NCBI GenBank assembly: GCA_046482545.1
Contig: JAWOEX010000019.1
Coordinates: 8,243-72,242 of the forward strand
DNA from: Candidatus Thorarchaeota archaeon
GTDB taxonomy: Archaea > Asgardarchaeota > Thorarchaeia > Thorarchaeales > Thorarchaeaceae
Direction of reading: 5' to 3'
Length of the DNA: 64,000 nucleotides
Positions 26,817 to 36,706 of the stretch are shown here, one piece after another; within the stretch, counting starts at the first letter, position 1, and each line of letters opens with the position of its first letter. The notes beneath the pieces were generated by a model. It was not told the DNA's origin and made no database searches. It worked only from the letters and a program-made list of their open reading frames with translations. The position numbers and the translations under genes were made by a program.

Positions 26817-27677
26817 TTAGAATAGAGCATTAGACATCGCAGTCTGACAGTCACAACTAGCCTCTTCAGGGATCCTCGGTATCAATTCGTAGGTGAGTTT
26901 CCTGACTCGCTCAATGTTGTCAGACATCGTCTTGAGGACTTGCTCATGTGTTACATGACTCTCCCCGTAGACATCTTTGTCAGTGGGCATAGCAATGGAC
27001 ACAAAACAGATTCCAGCTTCCCGTGCCAGCGATGTCTCCGGATAGGCAGTCATACCAACAACATCAAAGCCTTGTTTGTGATAGAAAATCGATTCTGCGT
27101 AGGTTGAAAATCTTGGCCCATTGATGCAGACATAGGTTCCCTCTTCGTGCACCTTGTAGTCCAGGTGCTTGGCCGTCTCAATAGTCAACTCGCGCATTTC
27201 TGGACAGTATGGATTTCCGAATGGCAGGTGGGCAATGGTTCCTCCATCGAAGAAGGTGTCTTTTCTTTGACCGAACGTTCTGTCGAAAATCTGGTCTGCT
27301 ATTACAAATTCGCCCAGATCGATTTTTTCGGGTTGTAGGCTACCGCATGCACAGGGGCTTATGATTCTCTTCACACCGAGGCTCTTCATTCCCCATACAT
27401 TGGCTCGATAGTTTATCTTATGCGGTGGTAAATGGTGATTTCTTCCATGCCTTGCCAAGAATGCAAGACCTTTACCCTTTACCTCACCAACAATGAAATT
27501 GTCAGAAGGGGAACCATAGGGGGTGAAAACCTTGACTTCAATCGGGTTTTCTATGACTGCGGGGTCATAATTCCCGCTACCACCAAAAAGCCCGATTTCA
27601 ATGGGCATTAGATTTTCCAAATCTTCTCTCTTATCCGCGTCCACCGGAACAAGTGACGGTTCAACTTCGAAGGCCAT
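26817..27677 (-). CDS. mtnP: S-methyl-5'-thioadenosine phosphorylase
   Basis: IGLFGGSG, TPYGSPSD, RHG, INYRAN, GPRFST.AES, VGMT..PE..LARE. Confidence 0.92.
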   Translation of the reverse strand: MAFEVEPSLVPVDADKREDLENLMPIEIGLFGGSGNYDPAVIENPIEVKVFTPYGSPSDNFIVGEVKGKGLAFLARHGRNHHLPPHKINYRANVWGMKSLGVKRIISPCACGSLQPEKIDLGEFVIADQIFDRTFGQRKDTFFDGGTIAHLPFGNPYCPEMRELTIETAKHLDYKVHEEGTYVCINGPRFSTYAESIFYHKQGFDVVGMTAYPETSLAREAGICFVSIAMPTDKDVYGESHVTHEQVLKTMSDNIERVRKLTYELIPRIPEEASCDCQTAMSNALF

Positions 27678-27740
27678 GTATAATCAACTCTTCTTTTCTA
27701 TGACGGAAGCTCCGTTCATCCCATAAATAGATGACGAGTT

Positions 27741-28409
27741 TCATTCCTTGAGTCGCCATCTCTTGTCCAATGGGTATTCGATGATGTCAAGATCTCCCAT
27801 GTGCTGTTTGACTTTGGAAAGGCGTTCATCGGAGAGAACAATGTTGTTGTACTCACGCAGTTGCTTCTTGAGCTGTTGAGTGCTTAATTCGTCGGTTCCT
27901 TCTCCATCAAATATCTTTTTAACCAATGAAGTTAAATCCTCAAAGAAGTTCCATGGAAAAATTTCCCAGGCCCAATTAATGGAAATTCCGTAAAAATCAG
28001 GCTCGAATTCTGAACCCTGGATATGCATGAGGGTTGCAGATTTGACGTCCTTAGCGTTGCCTTCTTCCTTGACGTGATTGACAGCCAATGTAAGGCTTTG
28101 CCCTGTATCAGTAATATCATCTACTACTAGAACTTGCTTGCCTTCGAGATCAACTTTTATTGGACAGGTTAGCTTGGCCTCGCCGTCCTTCGTGGCTGTA
28201 ACTCCCCAATGATCGATTTTGACGCTGTAGAGTTCCTTCACTGCCAAGAAATCGCACTGTAACCTAGCGTGGACCCATCCCCCTCGTGCAACACCGACAA
28301 CCGCATCTGGCCGCCATCCCGATTTCTTGATTTTTTGGCTTGTCTGATATGCGTATTGATATATATCATCAAAGTCAAGCAGATAGCAGAGTGGTCCTTT
28401 TAATTTCAT
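27741..28409 (-). CDS. Purine phosphoribosyltransferase (type I PRT)
   Basis: VARGG, VLVVDDITDTGQSL PRPP motif, W..FPW. Confidence 0.92.
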   Translation of the reverse strand: MKLKGPLCYLLDFDDIYQYAYQTSQKIKKSGWRPDAVVGVARGGWVHARLQCDFLAVKELYSVKIDHWGVTATKDGEAKLTCPIKVDLEGKQVLVVDDITDTGQSLTLAVNHVKEEGNAKDVKSATLMHIQGSEFEPDFYGISINWAWEIFPWNFFEDLTSLVKKIFDGEGTDELSTQQLKKQLREYNNIVLSDERLSKVKQHMGDLDIIEYPLDKRWRLKE

Positions 28410-28514
28410 TATGGATTACCGGGTATGGAATCACTAGCTGTCAGTTAAAAGCTTGATGTCCGCTCCATAACAGTATTGTGAAAGACTTGGGGAAATAATC
28501 CAAGTCTAGTATCC

Positions 28515-29354
28515 TTACTTGAGTTGCATTTCAAGTGTGTCGACATGACCCGGCATATATGAAATATGGACCCTCACCACATCCCCCTCAGAGACGCGTT
28601 TTGCAGTATCGAATGAAAGGAAAAGATGTCTCCACCCGTCATCCATGTGTAGAGTGACTTCCTCATCGACTGCGACCTCAAAATACCCCACTACCCCTGT
28701 TAGGGGGTCATCATCTTGGATGCGGAACTCGAGTATCTTGTCAACCCGCTCAGGAGGATCTTGTCTTGAGAAATCGAATTCAGCCAGGAGTTTGGGTTCG
28801 CTTAGTGGTGTAAATTTATCAGGTCCCACAGTCTGGGGAACTCTTGGAAAGCTAAGTTGATTCCATCTGAATCTCTCCAGCAAAGAAGGGCATGTTGCAG
28901 GGGCAATATAGACTCGAGCATTGTGTGGTAAAATCGTCCCTCCACTTCTCAACAAACTTGAAACAGCATGATAGCAGGCTGTCACTTGCTGTTCTACCAG
29001 AAGCATTGATGATAGCATCTCGCAGATAACCACATCAGCCTTCTGTTGTGGTTTGAAACTGAGGTAGTGCGATTCTACGAATTCAACTCTTTCCTCTAAC
29101 CCATTGATCCTCGCTGCTTCTTTGGCGTAAGCAATAGAATCGGGGTTGATTTCCACACCTGTTACTTTCTTTGCTCCAGCTTTGGCCGCGATAAGTGAAA
29201 ATAGCCCTGAACCCGATCCTAGTTCAACAACATAATCACCGTCAGCAACATGGGTTTTGATTGCACAAGCAAACTTGTTTATCCTTGCTTTTTGGGCTAG
29301 CAGGCTCGCAGCATGAAGTTTTTCAAACGGGGTAGCATACTCAAGGGGGGACAT
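28515..29354 (-). CDS. SAM-dependent methyltransferase with PRMT-like architecture
   Basis: VVELGSGSGLFS, GAKKVTGVE, DVVICEMLSSMLLVE (double-E), GGTILP, C-terminal beta-rich GVVGYFEV region. Confidence 0.85.
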   Translation of the reverse strand: MSPLEYATPFEKLHAASLLAQKARINKFACAIKTHVADGDYVVELGSGSGLFSLIAAKAGAKKVTGVEINPDSIAYAKEAARINGLEERVEFVESHYLSFKPQQKADVVICEMLSSMLLVEQQVTACYHAVSSLLRSGGTILPHNARVYIAPATCPSLLERFRWNQLSFPRVPQTVGPDKFTPLSEPKLLAEFDFSRQDPPERVDKILEFRIQDDDPLTGVVGYFEVAVDEEVTLHMDDGWRHLFLSFDTAKRVSEGDVVRVHISYMPGHVDTLEMQLK

Positions 29355-29474
29355 AAGATTCAAGCTGCCATAAACTAATCTCTTTATAATCCGATTGAAC
29401 ATTACACTTACAAGAAAAACCATCTGGATTCTCAGCCAGCATGGGAACTAGCAATTAGCGGGGCATTAGAACAA

Positions 29475-30635
29475 GTGACTTCCGAAACGATAGAGCATGC
29501 AAAGCACGCACTCGCTGAGTGTCGCTTTGAGGATGCTATAGCTCTTCTTGAGGAAAACCTTGAGAAAGATGATTCGGATCCTGATACACTTGTTCTTCTT
29601 GGAATTGCATACGTCCAGTCCGAGCAAGCTAAGAAAGCCGTCAATGTGTTGAGAAAGGCGGACGAACTGCTGGAAGAGCATTGTGTGGTTTCTCTTTTTC
29701 TTGGTCGAGCTCTTGAGGCTCTCGGTGAGCTTGAGGAGGCAGAAATACATTTGCGGCGCGCAATTCGCCTCGATCCAGATGAGCCAGAAGCCTGGAGAGA
29801 TGTTGGCAGAATTCTGCTGTCACAGAAACGCTATACTGAACTGATTGAAACTGTTCGTGATGCTCTCAGCCGTTTTTCCGATAGTGCTTATTTGAGGAGT
29901 CTCTATGCTATTGGCCTTTACAGATTAGGAGATTGCACAGGCGCTTGTCGGCAGTGGTATGAAGTATACAAGCTACGACCTGAATCCCTCTTGGCCTTGT
30001 CGAATTTCACGTACATGCTCCTTAGGCAGGGTCGTGTTCGAAAGGCCGTAACATATGTGGAACAGGCTTCCAACCTTAATCCTCAGGATTCTCGGACGCT
30101 GTTCTTACAAGGAGAATTGCACCTCCATCAGGAAAATTACGAAAAAGCGCGATTCTTATTTGAGCAAGCACTAGCCGAGCAACCCACCAATCTAACGATT
30201 TTATCCCGATTAGCGGTCATAGCCCATCACGAGAATAAACCAGATGAGCGGAACGATTTGATCGATCAAATCCGTGATATGGGAAAGAATAACCCTCATT
30301 CATGGAAGGCACTCTCATACATCTACGAGAATCTTGGCCAATATGAAGAACTCATTGATTGTATGCTTGACTTTGTGACTGAATGCCAGTGTTCAGCTGC
30401 ACTCTGGGTAAAACTGGCTACAGCATATGAGGCCTTAGGATTATCAGACGAAGCTGAACATGCTTGGACTATGTCTTTCAAGCTTCGGAGGTATGTTAAG
30501 ATTCACTGCAGGCACTGCGGAACGTATCTTCGATTACCTTATGAAAAGCAGAATGGTTTCGATATTCACAGAGACAGAAACTGCCTGGAATGCAATTCTG
30601 TCATCCCGATGCCTGATTCCCTTGCTGAAATGTGA
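29475..30635 (+). CDS. TPR repeat protein with C-terminal Zn ribbon
   Basis: Multiple TPRs; CRHC...CLEC at the C-terminus. Confidence 0.85.
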   Translation: MTSETIEHAKHALAECRFEDAIALLEENLEKDDSDPDTLVLLGIAYVQSEQAKKAVNVLRKADELLEEHCVVSLFLGRALEALGELEEAEIHLRRAIRLDPDEPEAWRDVGRILLSQKRYTELIETVRDALSRFSDSAYLRSLYAIGLYRLGDCTGACRQWYEVYKLRPESLLALSNFTYMLLRQGRVRKAVTYVEQASNLNPQDSRTLFLQGELHLHQENYEKARFLFEQALAEQPTNLTILSRLAVIAHHENKPDERNDLIDQIRDMGKNNPHSWKALSYIYENLGQYEELIDCMLDFVTECQCSAALWVKLATAYEALGLSDEAEHAWTMSFKLRRYVKIHCRHCGTYLRLPYEKQNGFDIHRDRNCLECNSVIPMPDSLAEM

Positions 30636-30653
30636 TTCTTGGGGGTGACGATT

Positions 30654-31106
30654 ATGGGGTCTCGAGAATATTCATCACAAGCACTTGTGGGGGTTGGAGC
30701 GATTGTGGTTGGTCAAAGAGGACTTTTACTCGTAAGGCGTGACAAGGATCCAGGTGAGGGACGCTGGAGCATCCCTGGAGGACTCATTGAACTGGGAGAA
30801 ACACAAATAGAGGCTGTTAGTCGTGAAGTCCACGAAGAGACGGGTATTAGTGTTGACGTGCTGAATCTGCTAAGCACGGCAGACGTCATCATTCGCGATG
30901 ATGACGACCGAATCAAGTTTCACTACGTTTTGAATCACTACCTTGCAAGAGCACTAGACGAAGATACTAGGCCAGAATACCCCAAAGCTGAAGTTGACTG
31001 GTTTTCCTTTTCGGACTTACAATCGCTGGATGTCCCTGAGATGATTCATCAGCTCCTTAGAAAGCATAGTTTAGCCATTGATACTACTTATGACAAATAC
31101 TACTGA
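30654..31106 (+). CDS. NUDIX hydrolase (ADP-ribose pyrophosphatase-like)
   Basis: Nudix box GGLIELGETQIEAVSREVHEETG. Confidence 0.93.
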   Translation: MGSREYSSQALVGVGAIVVGQRGLLLVRRDKDPGEGRWSIPGGLIELGETQIEAVSREVHEETGISVDVLNLLSTADVIIRDDDDRIKFHYVLNHYLARALDEDTRPEYPKAEVDWFSFSDLQSLDVPEMIHQLLRKHSLAIDTTYDKYY

Positions 31107-31362
31107 GAATCAGATTTGAGAATGCCTTAGCGGGTATCGAAAGCTCTGTGGAAAGTCATATCAAGATATCGGAGTGATTCATGTTTTTGTTTCTGCTTGT
31201 TAGTATCTGTGCATTTGAATAGCGAATTGACGACTCATTTGATTTTATAACAACAATATCGTCAACTTTTTCAATAGTGATGGTGCCGACTCAAGGTATA
31301 TAAAAGTCTACAGAAGAATACCTATAGAACGATTCTAGAATACACGGAGATGTGAAGGAATA

Positions 31363-31827
31363 ATGCCATTCAGAACAATCACGGCCTTGATAATCGCCCT
31401 CGTTGTGGCGATTATTATTGGTGCGTTTCAGATTCTTGGACTAAGTATTGAACAGATTCAGATAATTCTAAATTCGGGAAATATAACGGGTGAACTGGAG
31501 ATATTGGGGGCTCTCCTGTTTGGTCAACTGGTGTTTCCTTATACATTCGCTACTGGTGGTGCATACGGACCTTTAGTTGCACTGGGCGTAGCAGGATTCA
31601 TTGCTGGACTGATATCAAAGAGCGGTGTGAGGATGCTTTTCGTATCCATCATTTCGATGGTCCTCTTCTTTCTAGGTTACACCATTCTTACACTGGGCCT
31701 TGGCCCAAGTTCTGTTGAGCTGCTTATAGATATCGCGAGGAACATTCCAATAGATCTTGCTGTAGCCTTTGCTCTTCTATTCGTACCCGGTATAATTGGG
31801 GCAAGGTTGACAGCTGAGAAGTATTAG
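31363..31827 (+). CDS. Hypothetical membrane protein
   Basis: About 5 hydrophobic helices. Confidence 0.75.
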   Translation: MPFRTITALIIALVVAIIIGAFQILGLSIEQIQIILNSGNITGELEILGALLFGQLVFPYTFATGGAYGPLVALGVAGFIAGLISKSGVRMLFVSIISMVLFFLGYTILTLGLGPSSVELLIDIARNIPIDLAVAFALLFVPGIIGARLTAEKY

Positions 31828-31836
31828 ATTAGCAGT

Positions 31837-31870
31837 GGAGGGGTGTAACCCTCCTCCTCTTTCTCTTTTT
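31837..31870 (+). terminator. Hairpin plus pyrimidine/T-tract terminator
   Basis: GGAGGG-gtgtaa-CCCTCC then TCCTCTTTCTCTTTTT. Confidence 0.6.
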
Positions 31871-33351
31871 TAGACTAGTTTTTTACTGAGGTTTCTGGAC
31901 ACCAAATCTAGATATTCCTCTAACCTATTTGGCTGAATAAATGCACCAGCCGCCATTGGATGGCCTCCTGCTTCAACAACAAGTGCATCGTATTTCGTGT
32001 TGAGGCATTCACCACAATGAACAAACGTCTCCTTTAGATTGATTCCTCGGTTTACCAGTCTTCTGCAAGTTCTCCCAGAAAGCTTTGCTAGGCTGCTCTT
32101 CTCTGAAGTATTGGTAGTGACGCCAATAACTGGCTTATCATCGGGCAAAATCCGGGATGACTGAGCCATACCAATGACAATACCAATGATGGTGTCTTGT
32201 ATCTCAGAATCCTGCACTAGATACATCCCTTCTCTTTCGTCGAAACCGTGCGTCTCAATTCTTCGAAGGGCGGTAGCTAGGTTTCTTCTGTGCTCTCTCA
32301 GTAGAGTCCTTCCTTCTTGGTATGCCTCCTGATTTCCCAGACAGATTTTGACTCCAACTTTTGCTCTTCTGTTCCGTCCGCAGGCATTGAGCAGGGTTGA
32401 GAACTCCTTGGCACTTCGGAGTTCAGATCTCTCGGGTCTATTCAGTAATGTTATGACATCGCCAACTATCCCTTGCGCCTTTCGAGCATCTTGATAGGAT
32501 TGAAGAATGAGACTCATCAGATGTTGAATTACAACTTGTTTTTCCTGTGTATTGAGATCCACCCATCGTCGCCATCTTTCGTTTACCTTCATTGGTATTC
32601 CGAGGGCTTCAAAGAACTCAAAGGATGCGTCCCGATTCCCAGTAATACCGGGAATGTATGGATCGGTTGCATATTCTAGAAGAAACGGTAGTGGTCTAGT
32701 ATTGATTCCGAAGAATGTGAGGTCGCGGTCTAATCGAACCATTCCACTTTCCACCCCTGTTTCGAGTATTTGGCGGTTCACGCCAGAGAATCCTTTGCCA
32801 TAATACCTTTGCAGGTCGCCTGTGGCACCAACTACAGCCAGCTCGCTCAAATCTGCATTCTTTCCGGATACCTCGTAGGCCAAGAGAAATGCAGTTCCTG
32901 CTCCGGAGAGGTCAGAGCTTCCACTTATGCCGTGGTGGCATGGATTAACTTCGATAATAGGACTGTTTGCATGCTTCTGCAAATACCCTTCCGTATTATT
33001 CTGGGGAAGATGGTGATCCAACACAATGATGCTTTCAAGAGATTCCTGCTTTCCGAGTGCCTCGATAATTAAAGGCATCTGCCCAGTTCCCAAATCACTG
33101 AAAATAACCGTATCTGGTCTCTTCTCAGAAACGAGCTTCCTTACATCTCGAATGGTCTCCGAATTAAGCTGATGGATGTTTCTCCACAAAGGGCTCTTTT
33201 TCAATCTTCTAAACATCCGGCATACGATAGCGAGTGCAGTGATACCATCCGTATCGATGTGAGAAATAGCGAGAGGGCGCCTTGCAGCTTTGACTCGATT
33301 TGCGGCTCGCTCGAGTTGATTTCTCATTTGTTCAGGTAAATCGAAGTGCAA
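31870..33351 (-). CDS. recJ: Archaeal RecJ/Cdc45-like DHH phosphoesterase (GAN-like)
   Basis: SHIDTDG, FSDLG, LDHH, STLLNACGR, GGHPMAAGA. Confidence 0.92.
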   Translation of the reverse strand: MHFDLPEQMRNQLERAANRVKAARRPLAISHIDTDGITALAIVCRMFRRLKKSPLWRNIHQLNSETIRDVRKLVSEKRPDTVIFSDLGTGQMPLIIEALGKQESLESIIVLDHHLPQNNTEGYLQKHANSPIIEVNPCHHGISGSSDLSGAGTAFLLAYEVSGKNADLSELAVVGATGDLQRYYGKGFSGVNRQILETGVESGMVRLDRDLTFFGINTRPLPFLLEYATDPYIPGITGNRDASFEFFEALGIPMKVNERWRRWVDLNTQEKQVVIQHLMSLILQSYQDARKAQGIVGDVITLLNRPERSELRSAKEFSTLLNACGRNRRAKVGVKICLGNQEAYQEGRTLLREHRRNLATALRRIETHGFDEREGMYLVQDSEIQDTIIGIVIGMAQSSRILPDDKPVIGVTTNTSEKSSLAKLSGRTCRRLVNRGINLKETFVHCGECLNTKYDALVVEAGGHPMAAGAFIQPNRLEEYLDLVSRNLSKKLV

Positions 33352-33424
33352 GAACGTGTGACCTCATAATAATCTACAAGCTTGTGGAATATAAGTAGAC
33401 ACCTCTTCGGTGACGAGATATTCC

Positions 33425-33784
33425 TTAGTCTGAACCCCTTGCAACTCTGGACAAAGCTAGGAAGACAACCAGAAATACACTTGCTACTGCAGCCAATCCT
33501 TTTGCGATTTTCTGCCACATTGTCAGTGGTACTTCAATCTCTTTTAGCTCATTCTTGACTCTCTTCAGGTAGATTCGTTGTTCATTATAGAGAGAACTAG
33601 AATCATCGTATTGATCGGAAAATTCGGACCAGCTCGAATAGAAGGGCGGTTCAGGTTTGCTTGCTACCCACTCATCCCACAGAGCTAGTATATCTGACTT
33701 GTGAGGCTCTGGAAATTCTTGTATTGTTGCAATGATTTGTCTTTCCGTCTCTCTTGATAATCCCAATCTATGCACCCGCATCAA
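33425..33784 (-). CDS. Hypothetical protein with a C-terminal TM helix
   Basis: Soluble N-terminus, single hydrophobic tail LAAVASVFLVVFLAL. Confidence 0.7.
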   Translation of the reverse strand: MMRVHRLGLSRETERQIIATIQEFPEPHKSDILALWDEWVASKPEPPFYSSWSEFSDQYDDSSSLYNEQRIYLKRVKNELKEIEVPLTMWQKIAKGLAAVASVFLVVFLALSRVARGSD

Positions 33785-33868
33785 TCAGTATCTGTTATTC
33801 TCTATACGTTGTAGCCTTCTTAAGGCTTGAGCTTGCATGTTGGTTAACCTTACTCTTGACTGGGAGTC

Positions 33869-34387
33869 TTATTCCTTTGCCTGTATTTCGTCAATCCAAT
33901 CGCGTATATCTGCCTTCAATTTCCTAACATCGTTTGGGTTGACACTATCTACTCTGCTGTAGGTTTTCAGAATACGCCGCCACCTATCCATTTTAATCGT
34001 TAGAGACCCAGAGCCAATTGCTTTTTCCACGGTATCGGACGCCTCAGAAATACGCTCAGCTAGCTCACTGGCAATTGCTCCCTCCTTAACCTGTATTTGG
34101 AGATTCTCCAGAACTGACCTTGCATTAGATACTCCTTGTTTTCCTTTCACTTTTGTCTTCTCTTCGCCCACAGGTTTTTCTACCGGCTTTTGCGTGGCAG
34201 CGAGCTTGAGTTCATCCAGCTTCTCTCGGTTTGCTGCTACCTCAAGCCTTAGCTCCCCGATTTCATCCCGCACTTCCGAAATGATAGAAATGACATCCAC
34301 CATTTTGTTCACGGTTTCAGTTAGGCGCTCTATGGACTTGTTTATTTCAGTGAATTTGGCTCGGATATATGTGCTGTCGTCATTCAT
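33869..34387 (-). CDS. Hypothetical coiled-coil protein
   Basis: Heptad-like N-terminal 65 aa; GGGAG upstream. Confidence 0.72.
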   Translation of the reverse strand: MNDDSTYIRAKFTEINKSIERLTETVNKMVDVISIISEVRDEIGELRLEVAANREKLDELKLAATQKPVEKPVGEEKTKVKGKQGVSNARSVLENLQIQVKEGAIASELAERISEASDTVEKAIGSGSLTIKMDRWRRILKTYSRVDSVNPNDVRKLKADIRDWIDEIQAKE

Positions 34388-34596
34388 TTAGTGCATTCTC
34401 CCTTACGGCTACTGGGAGTAAACCCCGGGATTCATACTCACATCTATTCGTTTCCGATTCAAGATTAAGCTTTTTGTCACCAATAGTTTTCTCAGAATAT
34501 CATTCGATTGGCATATCCTACAGCTGAATCCTTTTATCGGAGGCCATTTATTCAATCCATTGAAAATCCACACTCCAGTGAGTCTTACGAGGTCGA

Positions 34597-34956
34597 TTGA
34601 AGTTGTATATAACGAACTACAAGGAAAGGGAGAAAATCGAGGTTACTTTAGAAGGCAGCAAGAAGACCACCATGCGATGGCTCGTAGGAAGAAGAAGCGG
34701 TGCCAGAACTTACGCAATGCGTTGGTTCAAGATTGAGCCCGGTGGAATTATCCCCTCACATACTCATCCCGAAGAGCATGAGATTTTTGTACTCAGTGGT
34801 GAAGCCAAAATGCTCGGAGATCTTGAGGGTAAGACCGCTAAGAAGGATGACATCATTTTCATAGATCCAAACAAACCACATGGCTATGACAACACGGAGG
34901 GCACAGAGGACTTTCGCTTCATATGCGTCATACCGCTTCTTGATAAAGAAGATTAA
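34597..34956 (+). CDS. Cupin domain protein
   Basis: HTHPEEHEIFVLSG ... PH metal-binding motif. Confidence 0.92.
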   Translation: MKLYITNYKEREKIEVTLEGSKKTTMRWLVGRRSGARTYAMRWFKIEPGGIIPSHTHPEEHEIFVLSGEAKMLGDLEGKTAKKDDIIFIDPNKPHGYDNTEGTEDFRFICVIPLLDKED

Positions 34957-35021
34957 CCCTGCTTTCTCGGTTTACACCGGAAAGCTATCAAAGCAAAATT
35001 TTCACAAAGACGGTGTTAGTA

Positions 35022-35837
35022 ATGGAGCTTAATGAGAAATCACTCTGGCTATTTGATGTTGACAATACACTGATACAAGACGTAGAGCATCCAACTCCCT
35101 TTCCAGGTGCTATAGAATGCTGCCGAACTCTCGAAGATGCTGGTAAACAAATTGGTATACTAACAAATGTTGGCCGACTTTCAGCTAGGCAAGTCCACTC
35201 AGCAGTAGAGGGGGCTGGTTTTCCATTTTCACGAGAGGCGGTATTCACTGCGGGGGCAGCCACGGCAGCCTATGTCTTCAACAGAAATCCTGATGCTAGA
35301 TGCTTTGTAATAAGCGAAGGTGGAGCCACTGAAGATTTCATCGCAAAAGGTCTGAACGTAGTCAATAATCCCCCAATCGATTTTGTTGCTATTGGTGCGG
35401 ATCGAGATTTGAGCTTTCAGCGTTTGAATTTCGCAACCAAATGTGTTAGGGATGGAGCCGAATTACTCTGCATTAGTGGTAGTAGAGATTATCCTGGCAT
35501 CTATCTAGGAAAAGAGGATGTGTATCTGGGTGAGCGTTCCATAACTGCTGCAGTTGAGGATGCAACAGGAGAGAAGGCAACAATAGTCGGAAAGCCATTA
35601 CCTGAGATTGTTGTTGAAACAGTGAAAACTATGGGCTATAATTGTGATGATGCCGTAATGATTGGCGATAATCCAGCTTCAGATATTGCAGGGGGAAATG
35701 CGGCGGGTTTGTATACTATTCTAGTTAAGCGAAATCCTGATGATATTGTCGCGTATGAAGCAGACGGGCTCGATACGAATCCAGATGTGATGATTAACAG
35801 CTTGGAAGAGCTCCAATTGCTTATCAGCGAATGGTAG
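35022..35837 (+). CDS. HAD-IIA hydrolase (NagD-like)
   Basis: FDVDNTL, LTN, VGKP, IGDNPASDIAGG. Confidence 0.92.
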   Translation: MELNEKSLWLFDVDNTLIQDVEHPTPFPGAIECCRTLEDAGKQIGILTNVGRLSARQVHSAVEGAGFPFSREAVFTAGAATAAYVFNRNPDARCFVISEGGATEDFIAKGLNVVNNPPIDFVAIGADRDLSFQRLNFATKCVRDGAELLCISGSRDYPGIYLGKEDVYLGERSITAAVEDATGEKATIVGKPLPEIVVETVKTMGYNCDDAVMIGDNPASDIAGGNAAGLYTILVKRNPDDIVAYEADGLDTNPDVMINSLEELQLLISEW

Positions 35838-35995
35838 ATCTCTTTATTCTGCCTAGGTCTGTCCTCATTATTATTCACTAACATTTTTCCATATCCCGCA
35901 CGGACGGGTTTACAGGGCAAACCAAATCTTACATGCTGGTCTAATAGTGCTGTAATGGCCATAACCTTGAAGACTCATGGTGTCATAGCTTAATT

Positions 35996-36706
35996 ATGAA
36001 TGCAGAGACTAGGTCATCAAACACTCCACTTGGTGAGATTGACGTATGCTTTGAAGTTCGGAGGACTAACGTATCCTTAGCGGTTATTGAGCTCTACAAT
36101 GTGGAAGTTTCTCCTGTGCAGGATTCTTTTCTAGAGTACGAATCCGAGGTATTCAAGAAGATCAGAGAGCAGTATTCACGTGATGACTTGAAAAACGATG
36201 AAATCCTGAGTGCATTCCGTGACTTTTACTGGTCCTTTGGCATGGATCCTACCAAAACGAGGGTGTCCAGTGAGGCACTTCTCCGGCGAATTCTTCGCGG
36301 TCACGGTCTCTGGAGGATATCAAATGTTGTAGACATTGCCAATCTTGCTTCAGTTTCTCATAGATTTCCTATTGGTTTGGCTGATACTTCAGGAATTGAG
36401 GGGTCACTCCGTGTTAGGACTGCAAGGGACGGAGAGGTATTCGAGAGAATAGATGGTGAAGAGATAGAATGTAGAGAGCGTGATATTGTTGTTGCGGATG
36501 AACAGCGAATAATCTGCTTCGGATATGCAACACATGATTCAAAATATACTAGAATTCGTGACGATACAGAAACAGCACTTGTTATGGTCTATTGTGCACC
36601 GGAAATCAAGGCGAAACTCTTCTCTGAAGCAGCAAAGAGCACCCGTGACATGTATGACCGGTGGGTCAAATGTGAAGTTGGTGCCACTAAATTCTTCCAC
36701 TCTTAG
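35996..36706 (+). CDS. B3/B4 (PheRS-beta editing-like) domain protein
   Basis: DPTKTRVSSEALLRR, VVDIANLAS, IVVADE. Confidence 0.88.
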   Translation: MNAETRSSNTPLGEIDVCFEVRRTNVSLAVIELYNVEVSPVQDSFLEYESEVFKKIREQYSRDDLKNDEILSAFRDFYWSFGMDPTKTRVSSEALLRRILRGHGLWRISNVVDIANLASVSHRFPIGLADTSGIEGSLRVRTARDGEVFERIDGEEIECRERDIVVADEQRIICFGYATHDSKYTRIRDDTETALVMVYCAPEIKAKLFSEAAKSTRDMYDRWVKCEVGATKFFHS

